Positions 38,025 to 52,050 of a DNA stretch of 64,000 bases are shown here, in pieces. The position numbers and the translations under genes were made by a program. Position 1 is the first letter of the stretch, and each line of letters begins with the position of its first letter. Below the pieces are notes generated by a model. That model did no database searches and was not told where the DNA came from. It worked only from the letters and a program-made list of their open reading frames with translations. Source of the DNA: the human T2T-CHM13v2.0 reference genome, Homo sapiens; the NCBI RefSeq assembly GCF_009914755.1, contig NC_060926.1, one strand, 5' to 3'.

Positions 38025-38400
38025 TGGCAGTTATTAATTTATTGTCTCTCAGTTCCAACTCTACCCTGCCGCCCCTGCCCTGTGAGAATGGAGCCGGACC
38101 CTCCACTACATGGAGCAAACATCCACGTAGATGTTTGTCCTCTGCGGCTGGCACATAAACTCTGCCAGTAGAGGGCGGTAACAAGGCTGTCTCTTCCTGG
38201 ATCAGATGTGTTTCCCTTACAGCCTCCTGGAGCACCTACAACTTCTCCACGGCTTTGCCCCTGAAGCCCAGTGCTTTTCCAGTACCCGGATCGCACTGCA
38301 CGTGGCGGCCAGTGGGTTCCTCCAGTACCTCTTTGCTTTGCAGTAAGTTCCAAGGCACACTACCTCTGTCTATGAGTGGCTTCTCCAGGAAACCAAGATC
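38025..38400 (+). mobile_element. LTR41-like ERVL LTR
   Basis: ttattgtctctcagttccaactctaccc..ctctgccagtagagggcgg matches the recalled LTR41 5' portion. Confidence 0.65.
38163..38180 (+). promoter_or_regulatory. CTCF core motif
   Basis: tgCCAGTAGAGGGCGGta fits CCASYAGRKGGCRS. Confidence 0.6.
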
Positions 38401-40355
38401 AGAAAAATAAAACAGATTTTATATAATCAAAAGGGGAAAATGCCTTAAAGTTGCAAACAAGTTTATAATCACACAAAGAAAAAAAGTATTAAATAAATTT
38501 TGGCACACCGTCCAGATTGTATGTCCTATGGATTATTTTTTAAAAGAAGGAAAAAAAATGTAACTTTGTGCACTGTTTCCCATTACTAGTAATATTGCTT
38601 TGAAATTTCAAAATTATTTTATATATATTATGAGATAAGGTAAATAAGTCAATACAATAATGGCTTTAGGAAGCAGGATTTTAATGTAAAAGAAAACACA
38701 GATGTATGGGGGAAACTGTAATGTTGAATCTGAGTTCGACAGAACGATATCACTTTATGAGATTTTGTTCGTTTGTTTCTTAAACTGAACTACTTAATGG
38801 ACCTATGAGCAATGATTCCTCTGAAGTAATGAAAACAAATGCCCAGATCCTAGATTCTAAGTACCATTCCCCGTGAAAAGAAATTGGGGCTTCAGAGGAA
38901 TGGCTAATCCTGGTTCTGGGTTTGGGAAACGTATGAACTACTTGGGGCCACCCTTTATATATCAGTGTGCTAGGGAGTCCTATATAAGGGGGTCATGTCA
39001 AAAAGGCTACAAAAAACATTTATAAGAGGATCCCATTAGCAAAGTTAGTGGGACAATTTGAACATCAAAAATAATAAGATTTTATTTGTGAAATAAAAAA
39101 TCTAGGAACTAAAGAAAAAGCAAAACTAACAAAAACAAACAGATGGTACTTTTTTTCTTTACATCAGAATGGCAGCTAAAATACAGAAAAGGCATAACAG
39201 ATTAGAGGTAACTGGTGTAGGCAAAAATTGCTATTAAAAACCTGTGTGAGGTTGTTTGGAAAGAATATTTTCATAGTGTCCAAATATTTATCCACAGGTT
39301 ACTTAGTAACTGCAAAGAAAAAAAAAATAAGATGGGACGTTTCTAGTGGAGAGATGATGATAAAACCGAGCATCACTTGTAGCGGGGTAATCCGACGCAC
39401 ATGCCTCTGGATGTGATGTCATAGGAGGCACATAACGCCATCTCTAAAAGATTCTTCCCCCAACATTTTTGGTTTGCATCTAATCAAACTTGTAGACCAG
39501 AAATAGACAAGGTTTTTATGGAAAGGGTTGGAGAGTACATTTTTTAGGCTTTGTGAACCATATGAACTATCACAACTATTTAAATCTGACATACTGTAAA
39601 AGCAGACAATATTTAAATAACTGGCTTACAGATGGTTTGGTTGCGTTGCAATAAATGTTAATTTACAAAACAAGTTGTAGACCGGATCTGGGCCATGGGC
39701 AGTAGTGTGTTGACCCTTGCTCTAAACTTAAATTCTAGTTCAAAGAGATTAAAGAAGATTTAAGAGCAAGTGAAAGGACATCATGAGGAATGACGCTAAG
39801 AGGAAACAGTCACAGAAATTTGGAGAATGAGACATCTACAAAATCACTGACCGCAAAAATAATACAATGTAATTAAAATTAAACAAACAAGAAAACACAG
39901 GAAGGAGGCCTGTCCAATAATAAAAGAGATTAAAAATACATGGAGTTTAACTGGATTTCAGATAAAAGGAGGAGGAGGTGGAGGAAGAGAAAGAAAAGGA
40001 AAAAAAAAAAAAACAAAACCCTGGAGGTAAAAAGACATTCTTTCAAAACTAAAGAAATGTACACATAGGTTGCCTATTTATGTTGCTATTGAAATTTGTT
40101 ATTGTTGTGGTTAGCTTTGAAGTGACAGATGTTTATCTGAGAGAATGTGTTTATTCTCAAGAGAAGCATGCCAAATTTTATGGAACTAGAGGGTCATGCT
40201 GTCTGCTACTTATGTTAAATTGTCCAAGGAGAATATATACATGAGAAAATATGTACACTTGACTAAATGTAAATCAGTTTTTTCATATACGTTTAGCCTA
40301 ATATAGGGTATTCATTTTCTTTCTACTTTTCTACATTCTAAAATAAAATCTTGGG
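38400..40355 (+). mobile_element. L1MC-type long 3' UTR fragments
   Basis: cccagatcctagattctaagtaccattcccc, aaggatcccattagcaaag, ggacaatttgaacatcaaaa, ctacttttctacatt. Confidence 0.6.
39498..39719 (+). mobile_element. MER58A (hAT-Charlie)
   Basis: ttttaggctttgtgaaccatat..tcacaactatt..caataaatgtt..ggccatgggcagtagtgtgttgacccttg. Confidence 0.8.
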
Positions 40356-41359
40356 AAAAACACATGCAAGTCAAAAAACAAAGAAACAAACAAAACACAA
40401 AAATCTTTATTCTGTTATCACAGTCTTCTTTATCTTTTTTTTTCCCCCCTTCTAGAAAGCCCAGTATGTCCTCAAACAATAGGATTTGGGCTGATCTCTC
40501 TGGTTTTGGTTTTCCAAGGCTCTTATGGAAGTGTTGCCATCCCGGTCCTCAGCAGACAGTTTACTCACTGATGAAAAATATTCAGAAGCTAACAGAAGTG
40601 AAAGAGATGAAAACCCACGTCCCCTTAACATGCCATACTAAAAGTGAAATGTGCGAATGTTTGTATTTGGAAGAGGGGGAGAAAAAAGGATTCAGCATCT
40701 CAGAAGCCAGTCGGAAGTGTCAGGCCTGGCAGACGCAGCTAGTGAGGAATTAAGCGCTTGCTTTTCTTAATCACCAAAATATGCTGCTGGAGATCTTTGA
40801 ACCTCACCCTGAATCCCAGCTGCTTTATGAAAGCGCCCTAATTCTCTCATGACCCATTAAAGAAAGGGGCGGTGTCTTGGCTCCACTAAGTTTGCACAGA
40901 GAAGCAGAAGGAGAGATTTTTGTTTTATTTCTACTTTTTAACTTTTGCTTGACAATGCTAAACCAGTGTGGAATTCTAGAGATAGGCAGGCAGTATCTTT
41001 TAGTAGACAAGATAAATCTTACAGGAAAAATCATGCAGAAGGAGAAGAAAATTAATATAGATGAGTTGTCTGTCATGTGCAAGATGTTCTGGAAAGCACG
41101 TTTCCTTCTTGGCGTTCCATCAACACAGTGCCCTAGATGAGCGAGGATGCCCCTTGCTCTTTCCTGCTCCCCATGTGCCCCATCATTCTGCTTTCTTGTT
41201 CCTTTTATTCAGGAGCCCAAGTGCCAGGCTCCTAGAGAGCAGCTCCTGATAGACTGCTGAGGGAGTTTGCAAACAGTTTGGAGACAAATCTTCCATGGGG
41301 TTTGTCTTCCTAGTCACATTGATGTATTAACCAATGCTTGTCAAAACAGAAGAGACATG

Positions 41360-41780
41360 AAGGGTGCATTGGACAGTCAGTCAAGGAAACTGGAGTTCTG
41401 ATCTTACTCCACATCTGTAAGCCTGAAAAATTGTTTCACCTTTCTGGTTTGCAGTTTCTCACGTTTAAATGGGGGACTTTTCATAGGAAAACATATGGGT
41501 AAATCCTGTTTCTAAAGTTGTGTGTCTTTTATGTCTACACACTGAAAACTCAAGAAGCAACATGACATGACATAAAGTATGAGGCTATAGAGGCTCACAG
41601 CCCTGGAATCCAAAACCAGTTCTGCTTCCAGTAGCACTCAACATTGAACTAGTTGCTCAAATTCTGAGAGCCACAATTACTTATTTGCAAAGTGGGGGTA
41701 CTAATAAATTGTCAGGAATAAAAATGGTAGTGTATTTTGTAAAGCAGATATAGTAGCATTATGTCAATATTGGTTTCCTT
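41360..41780 (+). mobile_element. Two MIR fragments
   Basis: gtcaaggaaactggagttctgatc..cagtttctcacgtttaaatgggg; agttgctcaaattctgagagccacaattacttatttgcaaagtgggg. Confidence 0.55.
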
Positions 41781-41854
41781 TGTTACTTGCACTCCGATAT
41801 CAACCTATTACATTTTGAATTGAAAAATTCAAAATTTGAACTGAAGGATGGTTA

Positions 41855-42100
41855 CACACATATATATAACTTCATTTAAAAACATGTGTGTACATATATC
41901 TTCATTTAAATGTAACATATACATATATATTTAATATACATGTTCTAATTTTCTTATATATGTGTATATGTACTATATTTATCTCACCTATCATTTAATT
42001 TACAGTATATACATTTGCTCATATGTATTCTAATCTTCACAAGAGTGTAAATGAATGTGAAATTTATAATATGAATATCAGAACGTATACATGAAATAAA
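41855..42100. repeat. AT-rich (TA/CA) low complexity with repeated atat-cttcatttaaa
   Basis: Seen directly. Confidence 0.75.
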
Positions 42101-43809
42101 TTGAAACAAATTTTATGGGCAGGGTAGTCTGGGGTTGACTAGAATCAAGCTCAGTTATTTCTGACTCTGAGTCCTTGCTGTGTCCCACCACACTACAATT
42201 ACAAGTATGATTCTATTATAGTTCAACTTTATCATTTACCAAAATAGTAATTCTTGTCTTGTCTTCTGTAGAGATCTTTTGCCAAGGTATCCCCAAAGCA
42301 TATATTGCACTGGAGAAACGAAGGAGTTAATATATGCCCCGTTCTTTGGAAAGACAACGCTGGGCTCCTGTTTGCACTCTGCGGCTGCCTGGTGTGTGAC
42401 TCTCAGCTCATCATTCATCTCTGTGGTTCAATTTTTTTCTCCTATTTACGTTGATACAGAAATAATGGAGTCCTTTGTGCTACTGATGTGCACTCATCCA
42501 TGCATGTCAGTTCAAGAGGGCACCTTTCTTTTCCAGAGTTTGCTTTAATTCTGCCACTTAGAATTTTTGAATGGGTGCCTCCTCTCACCTTTAATCCAGG
42601 TTGTTTTTTTAAAAAACAACAGCAACAACAAGCAACGTTTAACTGTTTAGATGGTGGGCGCAAAAAGACACGGCCATGCTTTTGTTTCTATGAAAATTAA
42701 AGCAAAGCAATATTAATTGCCAAATTTTAGCCATAAAAACAAAATACAAATATTACAATTTTATTTTTTTTCAAAATTAATCTTTAAATTAAAACATGTA
42801 CCCAAGGCCCAATTTATTAACAATTTGCTGTATGGATACATTTTTTCATTAATAGCTCTATGTTCAGTGTAATGTTAAACTTATTAATACCATTTACGTT
42901 TTGGTTGGACATGAAAACAAGTCTTTGATATTTTATTTCCAGTGTGCTAAAGGCAATACAATTACTGAAAAATATTTTTATTCTCAGTAATGTGATTCAG
43001 GAGAATATGCTACATTAACAGGAACTATTGCTTCCTGTACTGTTTCCTATCTCCAGTTTCTCATGAAATTTCGAAGTCTGATAACTTGTCTCTGTGGGCA
43101 TTATATTTAAATTATTTACATTATACAATAATGTTTAACTTATTTCAATCTATGTTATCTAATGAATTGATGAGATATTAGTAGAACATTTTTTATTTTG
43201 AGTTATTACCCGAACTTGACAATGGGTCATGAATATTCTTTTGCATTAAAAAAAAAATGACCAAGGAAAAATATTTGAGTTCCGGTTAGCTGAAGCCAAG
43301 AGTGAATTCTAAGGTCAAGGACCATGTTTTCCTTTTGGGCACAGTAAATTGACTAGTGTGGAATAAGAGCATGCTTCATCTCTAACTTTGTGGCCCATAC
43401 TCATAGACCTGCCAAACAGAAACTTTCCAACTAGACAGAAATATCTCCAGCATTCATATGACAACAATTTTGAGACTGGCAACTTGATATAATGGCATAG
43501 ATATGCATAATTTCTTAAAGAGTAGTTTTTTACAATGAGATTTAATGATGGACTTAAAAATTAATTTAGAAATATTTCCTGATGAAATATTCACTTGAGA
43601 GATTAAAAATGCATAAAAAGTGTTGAAAAGGTTAAGACAGTACAATCTCTTGTTTTCAATTTGGTTTGTTTCTACAATGAACTGGTATTTGACCTGAATT
43701 CTAATGTTGAATTTAAATTACTGAAGTTAATTTTCCATTCCATTTATTTTTTCTAAAAGTCAATATTGATAAACAAAGAGTTACATCAGGTAACGTGTGT
43801 ATCAAAGTC

Positions 43810-44090
43810 TTGGCTATGTAGTGTGGTATCACTTTAAAGTCAAAATGTCTGTGTTTAAACCCAAACTCTACCTTTTACCAGCTATATGACCTTGAGCAAG
43901 GCTTTCAAACTCTCTATGTATAAGTGTCCATGAAGACAAACAAACAAACAAGAAAACATAATACTAGTAGAGTTTTAAATTCCTTATACAGTTTTGAGGA
44001 TTAGATGAGTTAAAATATGTAGATTTTAGGACAGTATTGGACTAAGAGTTAGAGCTATATGTGAATAGCTATGGTCATTGTTACTATCAT
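43810..44090 (+). mobile_element. MIR
   Basis: tttaaacccaaactctacc..accagctatatgaccttgagcaag..ttgaggattagatgagttaa. Confidence 0.8.
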
Positions 44091-47000
44091 CACCAACGCC
44101 CCATACTCTTTCTCCTCTATGGGAATTATACTAAAAAATTTCAGGAATTATTGGGCCCTGTTCTAAATCATCTATAAAGTTGATCTGTGTTTGGTTTATA
44201 TTTGCTGATAGAGTCATATTTGTACTTCTGTGAAAATTGTGGCTCCACAGGAAGTATAATGGAAATATTGTGAATCTTAACTAGAAAAAACAAAACAAAT
44301 AGCATCCCTTAAGAAATGGGACCTTGGCTACTTCTCCATCCTCATCTTCACATAACTCTTTGCTGAATGACTTACACCTTGTTTGGCTACTTTATCCTAA
44401 AGATTCACCCTTCACATCTTCAACTCTTCTGCACAGGCCATTTCCAGCTCTGTCCACTGGTAAATATGTGCTTGGGGCAGAGCAACACTAGATAAGTAAA
44501 TGAATGTGTGAGTTACATGGTAGAGTTCACTGTTAAACCCAGATGTTCTGACACAAAATAGGAGTTCTTTCCTATTTTGCTGTGCTGAAGACTCCATCTT
44601 TGATGCCTTGGTCTTACAGGACCTCTACATCCAGATAAATTCACCATGGCTAGGAAGAGCACCTTGAAGTAAAATGGAGAACCTGTGGAAAAGTCATTTT
44701 CTCTACCTCCTATGTTTCCTTTCACTCAGTATAAGCAATGGTCACTTCTCAGGACCTTATGGATGAGATTGCCTTCAGCAGTATCACAGTATCACAAGTA
44801 GTTCATGTGTCCATTCCCTCTCTCTCTGCATGTGTGTGTATAAAATCACCCATGTTGCACTGGCTGCTTTGTTGAGGAGCTGATGATGTAAGGATGAATA
44901 TGACAAGGGACCTGCTCACTGTCTAAGTAGGGAGAAGGAAATACACAACCATTATACAATGTGAAAGTATAATGAGAAAAAGGAAACACAGTTGCTTTGG
45001 GGGCCTAGGGAAGATCACAAGACAAAGCTGAATCTCGACGGGGTATGCTAATACCCCCATTCACCCTCACCCCCTGTGTGGCCTCCTCTCTTTGGGATCA
45101 CTGTTTCTGGAGACCACAAAGCATGCCCTAAGAATACTGCTTGTCACTCTTATATGACCACTGGATATACTGAAGTAGCTCACATGCGTGGTAGGTGCTC
45201 AGCAAGTTACTACCTGTTACATGGATGAAATCAATGCCACATGCACCGAAAAGTTGCCCAAGGCCAGTTTGTTGATTTGTTTATTTATTTTAAAATCACC
45301 ATCACAACCACCTGTTGAAGTCAGCTTACCATTCTGTTTTCTACAGATTTGCCTGCGCCCAAAGGCTTGCCTATTTTCTTTGCTTTAAAAGGAAAATAAT
45401 TAAATTACACTATTAATAATTTAGGTTGATCTCATATAGAAGCCTAGTTTCTTCAAAACTTGGAGATTGAAATAAAATGGAACTTCTGATAAAAATTAAA
45501 ACTTGGGTAGTCCATCTCACAGAAATTGATTTAATGGACAGTGTACTGTTTTTCTGTCCATCAGGGATTGGAAGTAAATAAAGTACAAGAGATATAATAC
45601 ACAATATTGCGTGTGGTTTTAACTGAAAAATAAAATATTGTATGTATTTATAGTATACAACATAATGTTTTGAAATACATATGCTTTGTGAAATGGCTAA
45701 AATGAGCTAATTAACACATACATTAGTTACCTTACATACTTATCTTTTTTGTGTGTGGTGAGAACACTTAAAATCTACTTTCGTAGCAACTTTCAAAAGT
45801 ACAATACATTAACTACAGTCATCATGTTGTATAAGCTATTTCTTGAACTTATTGCTCCTATCTAAATGAAATTTCACATCCTTTGACCAATATCTCTCCA
45901 AAACCTCCTCCCTCTCAGCCCCCGGCAACCACCATCTACTCTCTGCTTCTAAGAATTAATGATTTTAGATTCACATATAAGTATAATAAGATCATGCAAT
46001 ATTTGTCTTCCTGTGCCTGGCTTATTTCATGTAATTTAATGCCTCCAGGCTCATCCATATTGTTGCAAGTAACAGAATTTTCTTATTTTTTAAGGCTGAA
46101 TGTTTCAGTATGTGTGTATATTACATTTTCTTTATCCAACCATGCATTGAGGAACACGGGTTGATTCCCTACCTTGGCTATTGTTAATAATATTGCAACA
46201 AACATATGAGTCCAGGTACCTCTTTAACATACTGATTCCATTTCCTTTGGATATATACCCAGTAATTTTATTTTTAATGTTTTAATGTTCATTCTATTTT
46301 CCATAATGGATATACTAAATTACCTTCCTACCAACAGTGTTCAAGTGTTCCCTTTTCTCCATATCTTTGCCAATACTTGTTAAATTTGACTTTCTGATAA
46401 TAGCCTTTCTAACAGGTGTAACATAATATCTCCTTGTGGTTTTAATTTGATTTCCTTAATTATTAGTGATGTTCAACAGTTTTTTCATATACCTGTTGGT
46501 GATTTGCATGTCTTCTTTTGGTAAATGTCTATTCAGGTCCTTTGCTCATTTTTTAAGCAGGTCATTTGTTTTCTTGCTAGTGAGTCATTTACCTTCTGTG
46601 TAGATCTTAGGTATTAACTTCTTATCAGATGTATAGTTTGCAGATATTTTCTCCCATTCTGCAGGTTGTCTCTTACCTGTGATTGTTTTCTTGGCTAAGC
46701 AGAAGCTTTTTCATTTGATGTAATTCCATTTGTCTATTTTTGCTTTTATTACCTGTGGTTCTGGGGTCATATTCAAAAGAGTCATTGCCCAGACCAATGT
46801 CATGGAGCTTCTCCCTTGTTTCCTTCGAGTAGTTTTACAGTTTCATGTCTTATATTTAAATCTTTAAACCATTTTGAATTGATTTTTGTATGTAGTGTGA
46901 GATAAGGCTGTACCTGTATTCTGCATATGGATATCCAGTTATCTCAAAACCATTTATTGAATAGACTATCCTTTCCCCATTTTGTATTTCTGGCAATTTT

Positions 47001-48294
47001 GTCACAATTCAGTTGACCACAATTGTGTGGATTTATATATGAGTTTTCTATTCTGTCTCATTGGTCTATGTGTCTGTTTTAATGCTAGTATCATGCTGTT
47101 TTGATTACTGTAGATTTGTAGTATATTTTGAAGTCAAATAGAGTAATGTCTCCAGCATTGCTCTTTTTGCTCAAGGTGGCTTTGGCTACCTGAGGTCTTT
47201 TGTAGTTCCATGTGAATTTTAGAATCATTTTTTCTATTTTTGTGAAAAAACTGTCACTGGAATTTTGATAGCTTTCACATTGAATCTATAGGTCACTTGG
47301 GTTATGAGTATTTCAACAATATTAATTCTTCCAATACATGAACATGAGATCTCTTTTAATTTATTTGTGTCTTCTTCAAATTCTTTCATTAATGTTTTAT
47401 AGTTTTCAGTGAACAGGAGTTTTACCTCCTTGGTTAAATGTATTCCTAAGGTTTTTAGTTTATTTTTTTTTTCCAGTAGCTAGTATAAATAGGATTATTT
47501 TCTTGATTTTGCTTTTGGGTACTGATAGAAACACTACTGATTTTTTATGTTGATTTTGTATCCTACAACTTTACTAAATTCATTTAATAGTTCTAACAGG
47601 TTTTTTTGTCTTCTGAGTTTTCTGTATATGAGATCATGTCACCCCCAAGCAATGACAATTTAACATCTTCTTTTTCAATTTGGATGACTGTTGTTTCTTC
47701 TTCTTGCCTAATTTCTCTATGTAAGACATTCATTATTATGTTGAATAGAAGTAGTGAGAGTGGCATCCTTGCATTGTTCCTAATCTCAGAGGAAAAGTTT
47801 TCAGCTTTTTACCATTGAGTGTGATGTCAACTTTGAATTTGTCATATATGTTTTTTACTTTGTTGATGTACATTCATTCTAAATCTAATTTGTTTTTTGA
47901 CTTTTATCGTAGAAGGATGTTGAGTTTTGTCAAACGCTTTTTCTGCATCTTTTGAGACGATCGTAATGGTTACTGGTCCTATATTCTTTTAAAGTGATAT
48001 ATCAAATTTATAAATTTGTGTATGTTGAAACATCCTTGCATTCTAGTGATGAATCCCATTTGATGATAGTGAATAATAATTTCATGTGCTGTGGAATTTT
48101 GTTTGCTAGTATTTCATTGACAATTCATGCATCTATGTTTATCAGTAATATAGATTTATAATTATTTTTCTTGTAACATCTTTGGCTTTGGTATCAGGAT
48201 AATGCTAACCTTGTAAAATGTGTATGTCCTCCCCTTCATTTTTTAAGAAGAGCTTGAGAAGAATTAATAATAGTTCTTTTAAAAATGTTTGGTA

Positions 48295-48575
48295 GGCCGG
48301 GTATGGTGGCTCACGCCTGTAATTCTAGCACTTTGGGAAGCTGAGGTGAGTGGATCACCTGAGGTCAAGAGTTCGGACCAGCCTGGCCAACATAGTGAAA
48401 CCCCATCTCTAATAAAAATACAAAAAGTTAGCTGGGCGTGGTGGCACACACCTGTAATCCCAGCTATTCGGGAAGCTGGAGCAGGAGAATTGCTTGAACC
48501 TGGGGGGTGGAGGATGCTGTGAGCCGAGATCGCGCCACTGCACTCCAGCCTGGGCGAAAGAGCGAACTCCGTCTC

Positions 48576-48625
<50 letters not shown>

Positions 48626-48628
48626 AAA
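48295..48628 (+). mobile_element. AluSx-like with (AAAT)n tail
   Basis: Full two-arm Alu; TSD aaaaa(t)gtttggta at 48281-48294 and 48625-48637. Confidence 0.95.
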
Positions 48629-49130
48629 AGTTTGGTAGAATTCATGAGTGAATTTATCAGGTTCTGAGCTTTTTTTTGCTGAGAGACCTGTTATTACTGA
48701 TTCAATGTCCTTACTCTTTATTGGTCTGTTCAAATTTTCTGTTTCTTCACGATTAAGTCTTGGTAGGTTCAGTTTTTCTATAAATTGCCACATTTCTTCT
48801 AGGTTATCCAAATTTTTGGTATATCTTTGTTCGTAATAGTCTCTTACAATTCTTTATATTTCTATTTTATCAATTGTAATATCTCTTATTTCTGATTTTA
48901 TTTATTTGAATAGTCTCTTTTTTCATAGTCTAGTTAAAGCTTTATCAATTTTGATTATCTTTTCAAAAAACCAGTGCTTAGTTCTGTTTACCACTTCTAT
49001 TGTTTTTCTAGTCTCTATATCATTTATTACTGCTTTAATCTTATTTTTTCTTCCCTTATACTAAATTTGGGCTATTCTGGTTTTTGTTTGTATGTTTGTT
49101 TTTGCTAGTTCCTTGTAATGTTAGATCTTG

Positions 49131-49158
49131 ACACACACACACACACACGCACACACAC
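49131..49158 (+). repeat. (CA)n microsatellite inside L1
   Basis: Seen directly. Confidence 0.95.
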
Positions 49159-50200
49159 GTATTGCTATAAACCTTCCTCTTAGAACTGTTTTTGCTGCAT
49201 TCCATCAGTTTGGTATGTTGTGTGGATATTTCATTTGTCTCAAGATATTTCTTCATTTCCTTTTTAATTTTTTATTTGACTTGTTGCTTGTTTAGAAGCA
49301 TGTTGTTTTTCATGTGTCTGTGAATTTTCCAAAATTCTGCTCATTATCGATTTCTAGTTTCAAATATTGTGATAGGAAAAAACACTTGCTATGACTTCAA
49401 TCTTTTCTAAATTAGTGAAAACGTGTTTAGTGGTTTAACATATGATTTATCTTAGAGAATGCCCTGTGTTCACTTGAAAATAATGTGTATTTTGCTGCTG
49501 TTGGATAGAATGTTCTGTAAGGTCTGTAAGATCCATTTGGACCAAAGTGTAGCTTAGGTCTGATGTTTTCTTTTTGACTTTCTGTTTGTTGCTGAAACTG
49601 GCATATTGAAATACTATGCTATTTGTGTATTACTACCTATCTTTTCCTTCAGATCTATTCATATTTGCTTTATATATTTAAGTGCTGTGGTGTTGGGTAC
49701 ATATATATTTAAAATTATATCTTCTTAATGAGTTGATACCCTTATAATTATATAATAACCTTATCTCTTTTTATAATTTTTTACTTAAAGTCTAAAATTA
49801 TTGCTCCTTTTGGCTTCCATTTGTGCAGAATATCCTTTCATCCCTTTATTTGCAGTCCTAGGTCATGTTTTTTGTATCCCTTAGCCACTTTATGTCTTTT
49901 AATTTAAGAATTTAATCCATTTACATTTAAGGTAATTATTGCTATGTAAGGAGTTAATAGGACCATTTTATTAACAGTTTTCTCGTTGTTTTGTAGATCC
50001 TTTCTTTTCATTTGTTCTGGTTGTCTTTCTTTGGGGTTAGATGATTTTCTCTAGTAGTTTACTTTTTATCTTTTGTCTATCACTATAGGTTTTTGACTTG
50101 TAGTTACTAAGAAGCTTACATGAAACATGTTTCAGTTATAACGTGCTATTTCAAATTGATAACAATTTACCTTTCGTCATATATTAAAAAAATAAAACTA

Positions 50201-50494
50201 GGCCAGGTAAAATGACTCATACCTGTAATTTTAGCACTTTGGGAGGCAAGGCAGGAGGATTGCTTGAGGTCAGGGGTTCGAGACCAGGCTGAGCAACATA
50301 CTGAGACCCTGTCACTACAAAATATTTAAAAATATATATTAGCTGGGCATGGTGGCATGCACCTGTGACCCTAGCTACTTGGGAGGCTAAGGCAGGAGGA
50401 TCCCTTGAGGCCAGGGAGTTCAAGGATGCAGTGAGCTGTATTCATGCAACTACATTTCAACCTGGGTGACAGCAAGACCCTGTCTTTTAAAATA

Positions 50495-50525
<31 letters not shown>

Positions 50526-50527
50526 AA
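50201..50527 (+). mobile_element. AluJ with (AAAT)n tail
   Basis: ggaggattgcttgagg, ggatcccttgagg..gttcaaggatgcagtgagctg. Confidence 0.92.
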
Positions 50528-51741
50528 CCACATGTTTATTCCATCCACCACATTTTATGTTTGATATCATAAGTCACATCCTATTTTATTGTATATTTCT
50601 TAGTAATTTGTGGCAACTATTATTATTTTTATGTTGTTCTTTTAATCTTTATCATAAAGATATAGGTGATTTATACACCACCATCTCAGTATTATAATGT
50701 TCTGAATTTGACTGTATACTTGCCTTTACCAGTGAGTTTTATACTTCCATATGTTTTCATGTTACTAATCAGTGTTGTTTTCTTCCCTTTAGCATTTTTT
50801 ATAAGGCAGGTCTTGTGGTGATGAACTCCTTCAGTTTCTGTTTGTCTGGAAAAGTCTTTACCTTTCCTTCATTTCTAAAGGACAGCTTTGCAGATGAAAT
50901 ATTCTCGGTTGGCAGTTTTTGTTTTTGTTTTTTGATTCAGCACTATGACTAGATTATTCTATTTTCTCCTGGCTTGTTAGATTTCTGCTGAGAAACCTAC
51001 TACTAGCCTTATAGGATTTATAAGGCTATATGGGATTTCTTCTTTTTTAGTGCTGCTTTCTTTGTCTTTGATTTTGTACAGTTTTGTTATAATGTGTTTC
51101 ATTGTAACCTTGTTTGAATTGAATCTGATTGGAGATATTTGACCTTTCTCTACCTGGATGTTTTATATCTTTCCTTATATTTGGAAAGTTTCTGTTATTT
51201 ATTTATTTATTTGAATAAGTTTTCTATTTCTTATTTCTCTTATATATATTGAACTCTTAGAATTTTAAGACAAATGCCCTTTTGATGCCTTCTCACAAGC
51301 CCTGTAAGCTTTTTTTATGACTTTTTATCCTTTCTTTTTCCTCTCTGACTATATATTTCCAAATGAACTGTCTTCAAGTTCAGATTCTCTTTTTTGCTTG
51401 ATTATTTCTGCTGTTTAGTCTCTCTACTATTGATTACATTTTTCATTTTGTTCATTACAATTTTTAGCTCCAGAATTTCTGAGGTTTTAAGATAATTCCA
51501 ATCTCTCTGGTAAGTTTCTAATTTTGTTCACTTATTGTTTTTCTGATTTAATTGACTTGTTTTTCTGTATTTTACTAAAGTTTGCTGAGCTTCCTTTAAA
51601 CAACTGAATTGTTTGTCATGCAGTTTATGTATCTCCATTTCTTTGGAGTCAGTTATTGATGATTTATTTTGTTTCTTTGGTTGTGTCATGTTTTCCTGAT
51701 TGTTCTTGGCCCTTGTTGCTATGAATTGTTATCTGTGTGGG

Positions 51742-52050
51742 TTTTTTTGTTTGTTTGTTTTTTTTTTTTTTTGAGACAGAGTCTCCCTCTGTTGCCCAGG
51801 CTGGAGTGCAATGGCACAATCTTGGCTCACTGCAACCACTGCTTCCTGGTTCAAGTGATTCTCCTGCCTCAGCCTCCTAAGTAGCTTGGATTATAGGCAC
51901 TCACCACCACGCCTGGCTACCTTTTGTATTTTTAGTAGAGATGGGGTTTCACCATGTTGGTCAGGCTGGTCTCAAACTCCTGACCTCATGATCCACCCGC
52001 CTCTGCCTCCCAAAGTGCTAGGATTACAGGCATGAGCCACCACGCCTGGC
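51742..52050 (-). mobile_element. AluS
   Basis: Full reverse Alu; TSD tg(t/g)tatctgtg at 51727-51737 and 52051-52061. Confidence 0.95.
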
